Positions 38,101 to 48,398 of a stretch of 64,000 nucleotides of DNA are shown here, piece by piece. Source of the stretch: an uncultured Chloroflexia bacterium. GTDB lineage: Bacteria > Chloroflexota > Limnocylindria > Limnocylindrales > CSP1-4. The position numbers were made by a program, and so were the translations under genes. Below the pieces are notes generated by a model, which made no database searches, was not told the DNA's origin, and saw nothing but the letters and a program-made list of their open reading frames with translations. Within the stretch, counting starts at the first letter, position 1; the number at the start of each line of letters is the position of its first letter. The stretch covers positions 64,001-128,000 of the forward strand of contig CAVXPZ010000004.1 of the NCBI GenBank assembly GCA_963763775.1, read 5' to 3'.

Positions 38101-40214
38101 ATCCACTCGCTGGCGTCGTACTCGACCGCCGGGAGCGAGGTTTGGATGGTTGCCGCGGCCGTGCCGTCGGCGCCGGTTCGAGCCGGCTTGCTGTCGATCG
38201 TCTGGCCCTCGCCGTCGCCACTCGCCGCGACCTGGAGGTCGACGCCGCCGACCGGCGTCCCCTCGAAGAAGTTCGCCTTGACGGCCGCGGTGACCGCGGT
38301 CCCCACCAGGACGGCCCGCTGGTCCGTGGACATCTCAAGGGTGTAGGCGGGCTTGACGACCGTGCCGACCTCGAACCAGGTCGTCGTCACCTCGACGCCG
38401 TCCGCGACCAGCACGACGTTGTACGTCCCGGTCGGCAGGTCGGAGAACGCCATCTGCGTCGAGAACATCCCGGTCGACCGTGGCGTGACCTGCTGGACGA
38501 GGATCGGCACGCCGGCCGGCGAGTCCATCTCGACATGCTGCAGCCGCAGCTCGACGCGCTTCGGCGCGACACCGTCGCGCGCCCGGAGGACGCCCCACAC
38601 GTTGGCCTTGTCGGTCGCGCGCAGGAGCTGCCGGTCCGTCGCGAGGACGTGCCACCAGCGATCCGCCGTGTCGGTGCCCGTCGGCATGCCCGACTCGCAC
38701 TTGCTGCACACGGACGAGCCGCCGATCGGCACGAACACCGCTCGACCGGCACCGTCGCGGACGATCAGATAGAAGGGCGCAGGGTTCGAGCTCGCGACCC
38801 GCATCGACCGTGGTGTCGTCGAGACCCGCAGCCCGTCGGCGTCGGTCCGGCCGAGGGCGGTGCCGCCGAGCGTGACGCTGGCATGGTTCACCGGCTTGCC
38901 GTTCGAGATCGAGTTGACCCACACGACGGTGCGGGTATCGCTGACGAGCGCGTATGCCGCGAGGTCGGTGACCTGGATCAGGACCTGCTCGCGCAGGCCC
39001 GCGTGCGTCATCGTCAGGATGTAGGAGCCGGCCTTCAGGGACGACGGCAGCTGGATCCACCAACGCGTGTCGCCCTGGATCGTCGAGTGGCGGACCGCCG
39101 CTGTGGCCCGGAGGACCAGCGTGAGGCCACTCGTGGCGACGGGCGCGCCGCCTGACCGGGCCCAGTCTGGGGCCGATTCGAGTCGGGTGTCGGCGGCGGT
39201 CGCGGCCTTGAGCCCGTCGAGCCGATGCACGGTGACCGGCAGGGTCTTCGGGGCCGTGATCCGGTCGTCGCCGTTCGCGTCGTAGAACTGGATCGGGATC
39301 GCGATCGAGTCGCGCGTCCCGACGTCGGCGAGGCGATCGAAGATCGCGAGCCGATCGGCATCGGGACCGGGGCCCTTCGTCTCGAAGCGCACGGTCACGT
39401 CCCGCCCGAGCGACTGACCTGTCCCCGGGAGCGGCACGCCCTTGTGCAACGTGACGGTGTAGAGGGTCGAGGCCTTCAGCCGGCTGGACGGCACGAACGC
39501 GACGACACGACCGTGGACCTCGAAGCGGCCCGCGACGCTGGGGCGGATCTTGAAGGCGGCCTTGACCGCGTCCGCGGTAACGCCGGGCTGGTCGAACGTG
39601 AACTCGATGCCGGTGTCGCGCGGGACATCGGTCGACTCATCGGATGGCAAGGTCCCCACGACCCGGAGGGGCGTGGCGGCGGTCACGGCCCATGCCCGCG
39701 CGATGGAGCCGTCGGCTCGATGGAGCGTGAACCGATACGTGACGCCGGCGGTGAGGCGGCTGGTGGGCCGCAGGAGCATCGCGTCGCCATCGGGCGTCGC
39801 GGGCTGGAGCCGAAGGGCCGGCTGGACCTCAAGGTGCGACGCGAGCGTGGCGACCGGCGAGCCATCGAGGCTCGTGAGGCGGAAGGCCGTGTCGGTGGCG
39901 GCGCCGGCGGCGCCGTGCCTGGTCGGGACGAGCGACGCGATCGGTTTGCTCGTCGTGAGCTCGACGGCCGACCACCCGGTCGAGTCGATGACCGGCGATG
40001 TCGCGTCGGGTGCGTTCGGGTCGGGCGACCCTGCGGGCCCGTTGGGCAGGCTCGCGCTGGGGTTGGTATCGACGACGGCCGTCGTGGGCGTCGGCGATGG
40101 CGTCGGCGACCCGCAGGTGCCGGCGACAAGGGCCGTCAGGACGGTCAGGAGGAGAAGACGGGAGGCGCTGCGGTGCGCTCCCTGGGACCCTGGATCGCCG
40201 GCGAGCTTCGCCAC
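35118..40214 (-). CDS. Alpha-2-macroglobulin-like exported protein with Ig-like domains (frameshifts near C-terminus)
   Basis: Signal/lipobox-like AGTC, QVTDL, TDR.L.R, KPAY, AVDEKLY, REDFRD, DDLTSWRV, KPFFV, YIARVVTPGSY..EPA. Confidence 0.85.
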   Translation of the reverse strand: MAKLAGDPGSQGAHRSASRLLLLTVLTALVAGTCGSPTPSPTPTTAVVDTNPSASLPNGPAGSPDPNAPDATSPVIDSTGWSAVELTTSKPIASLVPTRHGAAGAATDTAFRLTSLDGSPVATLASHLEVQPALRLQPATPDGDAMLLRPTSRLTAGVTYRFTLHRADGSIARAWAVTAATPLRVVGTLPSDESTDVPRDTGIEFTFDQPGVTADAVKAAFKIRPSVAGRFEVHGRVVAFVPSSRLKASTLYTVTLHKGVPLPGTGQSLGRDVTVRFETKGPGPDADRLAIFDRLADVGTRDSIAIPIQFYDANGDDRITAPKTLPVTVHRLDGLKAATAADTRLESAPDWARSGGAPVATSGLTLVLRATAAVRHSTIQGDTRWWIQLPSSLKAGSYILTMTHAGLREQVLIQVTDLAAYALVSDTRTVVWVNSISNGKPVNHASVTLGGTALGRTDADGLRVSTTPRSMRVASSNPAPFYLIVRDGAGRAVFVPIGGSSVCSKCESGMPTGTDTADRWWHVLATDRQLLRATDKANVWGVLRARDGVAPKRVELRLQHVEMDSPAGVPILVQQVTPRSTGMFSTQMAFSDLPTGTYNVVLVADGVEVTTTWFEVGTVVKPAYTLEMSTDQRAVLVGTAVTAAVKANFFEGTPVGGVDLQVAASGDGEGQTIDSKPARTGADGTAAATIQTSLPAVEYDASEWIWQDITASPTLPEEASIMGHTSVAVFRSTALVGASAGLDGRSLTVTGTVNDVDFARMATADVGDWGVDPAGAPRAGARVTLTITEVIPTRHKIGTTYDFVTKRAAPVYEYGERDVKLGDRTVTTDAAGTYRLVMQVTGGQRSYRILARYTDEAGRQVETTTDASASQVDFQDASPRLVVPTDPNGNGVSYSIGDRVHVTMTAGHPVPSVDRYLFTVAHQGVRTVRVQDGPAFAVTFPRSWVPNADIRGVRFTGKAYEVSDVYGAQFDTADRRLQVALTPDAARYEPGGHVRIAIRTTDPSGHPVAATVLVQAVDEKLYAIGAANDIDILDSLYSWVRDGVIATAWSHRAPSTGSEGGDTGGGGGDREDFRDWLLFKVVDTASDGTASVEFDTSDDLTSWRVVASGLDRGLDAGGSTVKIPVGKPFFVETAIAPEYLTGETPVLRMRGYGSALGTGAPVSFTVTAASLGLGGTTVSAPAFAAASVTLPALKVGDHRITVAATSGTGAATLKDTLIRTIHVVDTRAVQGRTTSAPLTTGFTLPSGTSGFTTIALSDGGRGRVVPILLSIADRGTGRVDDALAARIARDTLRDDFAMPADWLGTTDTDVTAFQQPGGGVALLPYASPDLEMSVLAALSNDQRIDREGLRGFIDSIYSEPAEPRARRAVALAGLAALGEPVLDQVRTAARFSRATPIDRTWLAVAALAAGDETYAEQLEHEILAADGERQGPWVRLSLDDRETSITTTALLGMVAAGLGDPLAADMDAYVAANPPTDTLIDLPRAIAARSWAERVPGQDAAATVTVDGATKRVAIAPESPSWLSLTPAQLAGAAIAPVSGSVIVTTSWEGPLDPKSLHGDDVTTFRREVQPAGTDPRRRPRDRGPVRRVGERCRRRLLVGDGPCSVRPGGRSGDPRAGTPGTRKAPSPRYEYPFRVDGQRVDFCVTRDRNPVHQLRYIARVVTPGSYRWEPAVIQSSIIRDRGATLPAQNLEIANATQ

Positions 40215-40471
40215 GATCGCGCCACCCTTCGGGCCGGCGGGCGTTGGTGGTCCGTGTTGATCCGACCCGCCCTACGACGTGCGGGGCGCGGGAGTCGTGA
40301 CTCGCGCCTCGCAAACGCAGCATGGACGCTCGTGGCACGAATGGCTAGAGCCGGTCGGCAGGTTGGCGGTCATGTCACGGTCAAGTCCACCCTCACCTCC
40401 TAGTTATGTGCCGTACCAAGGCTGTCGGGATCCACGACGCCCAGCGATATCGCTGTGTCTATCCTGGCGAC

Positions 40472-43400
40472 GTGGCAGAGGACTTCATCGAGGGTCTCTA
40501 CGAAACCCTCCTCACCGATACCCTTCGGACTCGCATTGAGGCGGCTCGTGCCCTTGGATGGGTCATTGAAGTCGACGAGGTTGGCAAGTCCGAACTGCCC
40601 GAGCTGCTGGCACGTCACGTTCAAGACGAGCTTCGCCGATCCATCGCCAACACTGGCGCCAGCGACTCAGAGCGTCGAGCCTCACAGATCGCCCTGACGA
40701 ACCGCGTTTTGGCACTCCTTCGTGGCGGGGCGATGGCCGAGGAAGACGTCGACCCTTCGGCCCAGCTACTCGTGGAAGCGCGCAGACCTGGGGCCAGAGG
40801 TAACGGGCGGACCAATCGACCGGGGATATCGCTGAGCTCGAGCGCGCTCTTGGTCAACGGGCGGAATGACTTCCAAATTGGCAACGAGGTCGGGCGCGAG
40901 ATCGAAAGCGCCGACCGAATTGACCTCGTATGTGCGTTCGTCCGTTTCGCGGGCTTGCGCTTGATCCGATCGCAACTGCAGGACTTCCTGCTGAGTGGCG
41001 GGCAGATGCGAGTGATCGCAAGCGTCTATACGGGCTCGACGCAACGACGGGCAATCGATGAACTGGTCGGCCTTGGGGCCAAGGTCAAGATCTCGTACGA
41101 GACGTCCCAAACAAGGCTGCACGCGAAGGCGTGGCTGTTCCGACGCGACTCGGGGTTCTCCACCGCGTATGTCGGATCGTCCAACTTGACCCGCTGGGCG
41201 CTCCTGGATGGGCTCGAGTGGAACATCCGAGTCAGCCAAGTCGACAACGCTGGAATCGTCGATCGCGTCGCGGCCACGTTCGAGCAGTACTGGAATGAGG
41301 TCGAATTCGAGTCATACGACCCGCGCGTTGACGCCGAGCGCCTCGATCGCGCCCTCAATGCCCAGAAGGGTGAGCGCGGCGAGGCGGCGGAGTTCTTCGC
41401 GTCTGCATCACTTGAACCAAAGCCGTTTCAGCAGGAGATGCTGGAAGCGCTTGCCGCCGAGCGCCAGCGCGGGCACATGCGCAATTTGGTGGTGGCTCCG
41501 ACAGGAACCGGCAAGACCTGGGTGTCGGCCTTCGACTACAAGCGACTCCGCGGTCAAGGTCTTGATCGGCTGCTTTTCGTCGCTCATCGGGACGAAATCT
41601 TGTTGCAGAGCCAGCAGGTCTTTCGCTGGGTCTTGAACGACATGTCGTTTGGAGAACGACACGTTGGCTCCGAGCGGCCAGTCGTGGGCGAACACGTCTT
41701 CGCGTCGATCCAGTCGCTCAGCCGGCGGCTTGACGACATTCCGCCCGATGCGTTTGACGTCGTCATTGTCGACGAGTTCCATCACTCCGAAGCTCCGACG
41801 TACCGCAAGCTGCTGGATCGGCTGCATCCAAAGGTGCTTCTTGGTCTGACTGCGACGCCCGAGCGGTCCGACGGCCAGGACATCATTCATTGGTTCGACA
41901 ACCGCATTGCCTGTGACATGCGTCTCTGGCAGGCCCTCGACCAAGGACTCCTTTCGCCATTCCACTACTTCGGCGTCGCAGACGGTACTGACCTTCGAGG
42001 CGTGGCCTTTGATCGTGGTCGATACGTGCCGGGCGAACTGGAAGGGCTATACACAGGCGATCACATCCGCGCCCGCCGAATCCTGGACGCCGTCGAGGAA
42101 TGGATCTTGGATCCGACCAAGATGCGAGCTCTTGGGTTCTGCGCCGGGGTCGCGCACGCCAGGTTCATGGCAGATCAGTTCAGCGAAGCCGGGCTGCCGG
42201 CGATCGCTCTTGATGGCGGGTCGCCACGGGACCTCCGCCTGAGCGCCGTGCGACAACTTCGTCGCGGCGAGCTCCGAGCCATCTTCACGGTCGATATCTT
42301 CAATGAGGGGGTCGACATTCCTGAGGTGGACACGCTTCTGCTCCTGAGACCGACGGAGAGCGCGACGGTATTTCTCCAGCAGCTCGGCCGAGGCCTGCGG
42401 TGGGCGGAGGGCAAGAGCGTCCTCACTGTTCTCGACTTCATCGGACAAGCGAATGCGAACTACCGGTTCGATATCCGATATCGGGCAATCACCGGTGGAA
42501 CAAGGCAGCAACTCGGGAGGTCGATCGAGGCCGGTTTTCCACTCATGCCGCCCGGATGCGCCATTCGTCTGGACGAGATCTCGCAGAAGATCGTGCTCGA
42601 CAACATACGGACGAGCCTCCGAACTGGACGCCGTGCGATCGTCGAGGACCTGCGTGGACTCCCGGTTGACACCACCCTCCCGGAATTCTTGAACGAGAGT
42701 CACTTTGAGCTCGAGGACGTCTACGCGGATGTCGGTCAGACCTACACGGCGCTGAGGCGCGCCGCTGGCCATCTCCGGGACACGGCCGCGCCGGTCGAGA
42801 CGGCCGGCGGTCGCGCATTCAGCCGTCTGCTTCACCTCGACGACGAGGAACGACATGAACATTGGTCGAGGTTCCTTGGCGGCGCACCGCTTGAGACCGA
42901 CACAGACACCCGCAAGGGTCGCCTTGACCTCATGCTTTTCGCAGCACTTGGGTACAGCCTGCGGCCGATCTCCGAGCTCACGGGGTCGCTCGAAGCCTTT
43001 CGGAAGAACGAACATCTCGCCGAAGAACTGCATCAGCTCCTGGGCGTTCTTCGTGACGCCAGTCGTAGCGAGTCTCGCCCAATCGATGCCCGCGGAGTGG
43101 TCCCCATTCAGTCACACGCGACGTACGCACTCTCCGAGCTAATGGCCGGCTACGGACGAGTTAGCAGGGGCGTGCTCGTGGCGCCACGAGAAGGGGTGGC
43201 GTACGTGCCCGAGCATCAAACGGACCTCTTGTTTGTAACCTTGAACAAGGCTGACGAGGACTATTCACCTACGACTCGCTACCAGGACTACCCAATCTCG
43301 CCGACGATGTTTCATTGGGAATCGCAATCCGGGACATCGGTGGCATCCATCACCGGCCAGCGCTACATCAATCACGTGGCTCGGGGCTCGAAGGTAGTGC

Positions 43401-43573
43401 TCTTCGTGCGCGAGAACCGGCGGGATGGCCGGGCCATCTCCAGCCCGTACGTCTGCCTTGGGACAGCGAGACTCGTTAGATACGAGTCGGAAAGGCCAAT
43501 TCGAATTGTGTGGGAGCTAGATCGGCCGATGCCGACCGAGTTGTTCCAGTCAGCAAAGGTCGCGGCTGGCTAG
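40472..43573 (+). CDS. PLD nuclease-SF2 helicase-DUF3427 protein (SauUSI-like architecture)
   Basis: LHAKAW and GSSNLT (PLD); PTGTGKT, DEFHH, TATPER, FNEGVD and QQLGRGLR; C-terminal YQDY...FHWESQ; more A/T-ending codons than the flanks. Confidence 0.92.
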   Translation: MAEDFIEGLYETLLTDTLRTRIEAARALGWVIEVDEVGKSELPELLARHVQDELRRSIANTGASDSERRASQIALTNRVLALLRGGAMAEEDVDPSAQLLVEARRPGARGNGRTNRPGISLSSSALLVNGRNDFQIGNEVGREIESADRIDLVCAFVRFAGLRLIRSQLQDFLLSGGQMRVIASVYTGSTQRRAIDELVGLGAKVKISYETSQTRLHAKAWLFRRDSGFSTAYVGSSNLTRWALLDGLEWNIRVSQVDNAGIVDRVAATFEQYWNEVEFESYDPRVDAERLDRALNAQKGERGEAAEFFASASLEPKPFQQEMLEALAAERQRGHMRNLVVAPTGTGKTWVSAFDYKRLRGQGLDRLLFVAHRDEILLQSQQVFRWVLNDMSFGERHVGSERPVVGEHVFASIQSLSRRLDDIPPDAFDVVIVDEFHHSEAPTYRKLLDRLHPKVLLGLTATPERSDGQDIIHWFDNRIACDMRLWQALDQGLLSPFHYFGVADGTDLRGVAFDRGRYVPGELEGLYTGDHIRARRILDAVEEWILDPTKMRALGFCAGVAHARFMADQFSEAGLPAIALDGGSPRDLRLSAVRQLRRGELRAIFTVDIFNEGVDIPEVDTLLLLRPTESATVFLQQLGRGLRWAEGKSVLTVLDFIGQANANYRFDIRYRAITGGTRQQLGRSIEAGFPLMPPGCAIRLDEISQKIVLDNIRTSLRTGRRAIVEDLRGLPVDTTLPEFLNESHFELEDVYADVGQTYTALRRAAGHLRDTAAPVETAGGRAFSRLLHLDDEERHEHWSRFLGGAPLETDTDTRKGRLDLMLFAALGYSLRPISELTGSLEAFRKNEHLAEELHQLLGVLRDASRSESRPIDARGVVPIQSHATYALSELMAGYGRVSRGVLVAPREGVAYVPEHQTDLLFVTLNKADEDYSPTTRYQDYPISPTMFHWESQSGTSVASITGQRYINHVARGSKVVLFVRENRRDGRAISSPYVCLGTARLVRYESERPIRIVWELDRPMPTELFQSAKVAAG

Positions 43574-43576
43574 CTT

Positions 43577-43843
43577 CTACCAGGCAAGCCCCAGGCCGGG
43601 GTAGCGGTCCGCGAGTTCGTCGAGGGTGAACGAGGCGACGCCGAGGCGGGCTTCGGTGCCGTCCAGGTCGGTGATGACGGCGTCGGCCAGGAGCTCCGTG
43701 TCACCCGGTCGGAGCTCGACCTCCTCGAGAACGAGGCGGACGATCTTGGGGAGGCTGGACTCGACCTCCTCGCGAATCTCGGCGCCGTGGACGTGGATGA
43801 CGAGATTGAGTGCCCATCGACGGCTTGCGGATCCCATCGTCAC
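43577..43843 (-). CDS. Hypothetical protein (~86-88 aa)
   Basis: Host-like codon usage; converges on the DUF3427 gene. Confidence 0.55.
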   Translation of the reverse strand: MTMGSASRRWALNLVIHVHGAEIREEVESSLPKIVRLVLEEVELRPGDTELLADAVITDLDGTEARLGVASFTLDELADRYPGLGLAW

Positions 43844-44189
43844 GCGTACCTCACATGTTCAGCGTTGGCTCTCCCAAAGCTGCGGCGGCAGTCGCACCAC
43901 CCGGCGCTGGATATCCGGCCGCAGCCCTCGGTGTCCGCGCCGTGAAACGTCACTAGGTGACCGCAATCGCAGCACACGTCGACCGGATGCCAGTCGACCG
44001 CAGCTCCGCAACGCCGACAGTAGATCGGGTCGTCGACGGCATCGCTTCGCGACGGACCACACGATCGGGACCTGCACCGCCATGTGGATCATCGATCATC
44101 GATCGAGCGTGCCACGATCCGGCGAGATCGTCGATCGGGCAAATGCGCTGGCTGCAGGCGGAGAACCGAGCCTACAACGGCGTCCCCCG

Positions 44190-45441
44190 CTAGAACGGCG
44201 TCCCGTTGAACGGCGCAGCCGACACCGCGAACAGCGCGTCGGCGTCGGCGATGGCGCCGGGGCGGCATTCGGTGACGCGGTTGGCGCGGGCCAGGTCGCC
44301 GAAGCGGACGGTGCCGAGGTAGTTCGCGGCAAGGTCGCGGATGTCGAGTGCGAGGTCTGCCGCTGTCGCGGCCGCGGCCGGCTCGACGGAGCCCACGCCA
44401 TCACCCGAAACGTTCAACCGCCATCGACCCGCGTTCTCGGGGCAGAACTCGTCCGTCACATCGAACACCAGCTCGCCCGGGCCGCGATACCGCCGCGCCT
44501 CGAGCGCGCCCTTCAGGTCGATGATCCGCAGCCACAGGCTGTCGCCGATACCCAGGTTCAGGCGGCGCGGCTCGGTGACCATGAGCGAGAGCGGCAGCGG
44601 CACCGCCCCGCGCTCGGTCTTGACCGTCGCGATGAGATCGAGCGAGAAGATCCACTGCCACATCGCCTGCTCGGCGCCGGCGTCGAGGCCGAGCAGCTCC
44701 AGCACGAAGACGACGCCCTTCGGGCCGAGCGCGTCCCAGTCCGCGCGGATGCGGTAGATCGCGTACGCCCGCGCCTCGCCGTCGCGCTCGAGCACCGCCC
44801 GGATCTTGTGCCCGTTCCCGGCGCGCATCCACTCGGCGTCCTCGAGCATGTGGTAGCGCCATTTCGCGTGGGTTCGGCTCAGCGAGCCGTTGATCGACGG
44901 CCGGCGCGCGTCGTAGATCGCCGATGCCAGCTCGACCGCTTCGTCGCGCTCGACGATGCGGACCTCGCCCTGGCCCTCCACCGGCCGGCTGAACGTGATC
45001 CTGTCCTTCGGCGCCTCCATCCGGGTCGAGAGCGTGGCGATCGCGTACCCGAATCGCTGATAGATCGCCGCCTCGGACGCCTGGAGGACCGCGACGGGCT
45101 CGCCGCGGTCACGCGCCTGCTCGAACAGGTCGACCATCATCTGGCGGAGGATCCCGCGACGCCGATGCGTCGGCGACACGCCGACCAGCGTGATACCGGC
45201 GGCGGCCACCTCGCCACCTCCGGGCACGGTCATCCGGAACGAGATCGCGCCCGAGCAGCCGACCGCGGTGTCGCCGTCGAACGCGCCGATGACTCGGTCG
45301 ATCTCGATGACGTGGTGCTCGTTCTCGAGCTCGGCTTCGGACCACAGCTCGCCGAAGGCGAGTTCGAGCGGCTTGAGGATCGTCGCGGAGCGTGTCCTCG
45401 GTGGCCGTGCGGATCGTGATCGCGCTGGTCGCGTCTGGCAT
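44190..45441 (-). CDS. Eis-like GNAT acetyltransferase with SCP2-like C-terminus (frameshift near 45385)
   Basis: VGVSPTHRRRG, ASEAAIYQRFGY, LWLRIID...ALEARRY, D.FCPENAGRW. Confidence 0.9.
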
Positions 45442-45473
45442 CTGCGCATCGTGCCACGCGCACGTCGCGTGGG

Positions 45474-48325
45474 TCAGACCTTGGGAAGTTCCTGCGCGTC
45501 GGTCTGGGCCGGCGCGAAGAGGTCGCCGATGCGCTCCGACCCGCTCCGGGAGGTCGCGGATCGTCCATCGGTCCGGTCGCAGGTCCGGGTCGTCCAGCTC
45601 GTCCCACGTGATCGGGGCCGAGACCGGAGCGCCGGCCGCCGGCCGCACGGCATAGGGCGCCACGAGCGTCTTGATCGAGGCGTTCTGCGTGTAGTCGAGG
45701 CGGGCACGGCCCTTGCGGGCCTCCTTGGCCCACTCCCAGGAGATGAGGTCCGGGACGGTCGCGCCCACCGCGCGCGAGACGCGCTCGACCCAGGCGCTGG
45801 TGTCGGCGAACTCGTACTTCGGGACGATCGGGATCCACACCTGGACGCCGCGTTTGCCCGTGACCTTGGGGTAGCCGCGGACGCCGAGATGGCCGAGCGC
45901 GGTCCGGTAGAGGCGCGCGAGCACGAGGGTCTCGTCCCAGGTCGTCTTCTCCCCGGGGTCGATGTCGATCAGCGCGAACGTGGGTCGCCAGGCGTCTGGG
46001 AGGCGGCCGGTCCAGGCATGGATCTCGAAGCTCGCCTGGTTGCCGAGCCAGCACAGCGCGGCGGCCCGGTCCGCGATGAGATGGTCGTTGGCGCTCCGGT
46101 CCGCCCGGCCGTCGACGCCGGTCTCGTGCCAGCGGCGCAGCCACTTCGGGGCGGTCTCCGGGATGTCCTTCTGCCAGAACCCGGGCGAGCCGGCACCGTT
46201 GGGGAACCGCTGGAGGTTGAGCGGCCGCTCCGCAAGGTGGCGGAGCATCGTGGGGGCGATCCTGGCGAAGTAGCCGATGAGCTCGCGCTTGGTGATCGGG
46301 CCAGCCGCGACGTCATCGGGGCGATCCGCCCGTGGCTCGAAGAGCGGCTTGTCGAGGTTCGTCAGCTTCAGCTCGTCGGCGCCGACGCGCCAGACGCCTT
46401 CCTTGCCGAGCGCCGCCAGGGCGGCGAGCTCGTCCTCGGTGACACGCCAGTCGTCGGGGACGATGGCCGGTGCCGCGGCGGCGGCGGCGCCCGCGGTTGC
46501 CGCGGCGGCGGAGCCCGCCGGTCGCGCGGCGGCGGAGCCCGCGGCGGCGGACCGCCGGCGCCAACGAGGTTGCTACGCTTTCGTAGTACGAAATCGCACG
46601 ATCATCGCCGGGCGCGGGACGGCCCGGAGCAGGGCCTGGCGCTGGCGGCTGCGCTGGCGCCTCACGCTCGGCGGCACGGACCGCCGACGTCGTGGCGACC
46701 GCGGTCTCGCGAGCGACGGTGGTCGGGTCGCGTCCCGCCTCGATGCCCTTGAAGGCGGCCTGCCGAACCATCCCGTCGCGCGACCAGCCGCCCAGCTCGG
46801 CACGGATCACCAGCTCGGGCCGGGTCCATGTCACGCCACCCAGGTCGCCGCCCCAGCGGCCCTTGTAGTCCTTGGGCGGCGGCGGGTCGAACGGCGGCGC
46901 GTCGGTCGCGAGCGGTCCAAGGCGCGCCAGCAGGTCCTTGCGGATCGCGCCCGTGAACCCCGACCCGACCTTGCCGCTGAACCGCAGCTTGCCATCCTCG
47001 TAGACGCCGACGACCACGGCTCCGAGATCGCGGGCGTTCCCCTCCCCCGGCGTCCAGCCACCCACGACGAGCTCCTGTTCCGGTCGCACCTTGAGCTTCA
47101 GCCAGGCGTTCGTGCGTTTCCCGGGCTCGTACCGGGAGCGGCGCAGCTTGGCGATGACGCCCTCGAGGCCCTGCGCCTCCGCGGCGGCGTAGAACGCGAG
47201 CCCCTCGCCGTCGACGTGCGAGGCGAACCGGACCCTCGGGTGCGGCTTGAGCACGCTCTTGAGCAGGCGCTTGCGGTCCTCGAGCGGCACGTCCAGCAGC
47301 GATCGCCCATCGAGGTACAGCAGGTCGAACGCCTGGTACACCAGCCCGGGCGCGCCCTTCTCGCCGAGCCGCGACTGCAGCAGCGAGAAGTCCGGCCGCC
47401 CGGCGTCGTCGATCGCGACGACCTCGCCGTCGACGATGGCCTCGCGCGCCTCGATCCAGGACGGTGGCGTGAGCAGCCGCGGGAAGTACGTCTCGGCGTC
47501 CTTGAGGTTCCGGGTCCAGAGGCGGACCTTGCCGTCCGCCACGACCGCCTGCACGCGATAGCCGTCCCACTTGATCTCGAACAGCCAGTCCGGGTCGCTG
47601 AACGCCTTCGACGCGAGGGTCGCGAGCATCGGCTCGATCCGCGTGGGCAGCGGCGCGCGGACGGCGCCCGCGAGGTCGATCTCGGCGGTCGCGGCCGGCA
47701 TCGTGCCGATCCACAGGGCGTCGCGGTCGGCCTTGACGTCGTCGTTCGTGCGGCCCGTCTTGACGCTCTGCGGGTGATCCTCGGCGTCCCATCCCGGGAT
47801 CGACTCCGGGCCCTTCTTGTGGATCAGGAGCCACTGCTCGGCCTCGTCGTCCTCGAAGGCGCGGGCCGCGGGATCGTCGCCCTTGTGTCGTCGGCCGCTG
47901 GTCCGGACGATCGTGAAGCGGCCCTGCACCTTGTCGCCGTGGAGGCGGAACTTCAGCTCGCCGTCCTGGACGGCCCGCCTCGGGTCGAGCGTCGGCGCCT
48001 CGGGCTCCCATGTGCCCCAGTCCCAGACGATCACGTCGCCGGCGCCGTACTCCTTGGCGGGGATCACTCCCTCGAAGTCGAAGTACTCGATCGGGTGGTC
48101 CTCGACGTGGACCGCCATCCGGCGCGTGGCCGAGTCGAGCGTTGGCCCCTTCGGCACGGCCCACGAGACCAGGACGCCGTCGATCTCGAGGCGGAAGTCG
48201 TAGTGCAGGCGTGTCGCGCGATGCCGCTGCACGACGAACCGCCCGGTCGTCGGCACGACGCTGGCGGGCGCCGGCTCCGGGGTCTTCGCGAAATCACGCT
48301 TGCGCCGATATTCCTCGAGGGGCAT
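45474..48325 (-). CDS. ligD: LigD with phosphoesterase-ligase-polymerase order (frameshifts in the linker near 46600 and near 45540)
   Basis: HRATRLHYDFRLE, SWAVPKGP, EIKWDGYR, EGVIAK, WLKLK, RFPNG, DIDPG, KVTGKRG, DYTQN and APYAVR motifs. Confidence 0.93.
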
Positions 48326-48398
48326 CAGGCCGTCAGTGTGCCATTCCTTTGAGGACCCACAAGACGCTGCCAGGACGGGCTCCTAGCGTGCTGGCGAG

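Noticed and set aside
44172-44204. ctacaacggcgtccc / ctagaacggcgtccc duplication at the eis stop as an att site for the DUF3427 islet
   Set aside because: The copies are only 18 bp apart, and I saw no matching copy on the other side of the islet.
46465-46660. gcggcggcggagccc repeats in ligD
   Set aside because: This is a low-complexity Ala/Pro inter-domain linker, not an independent element.
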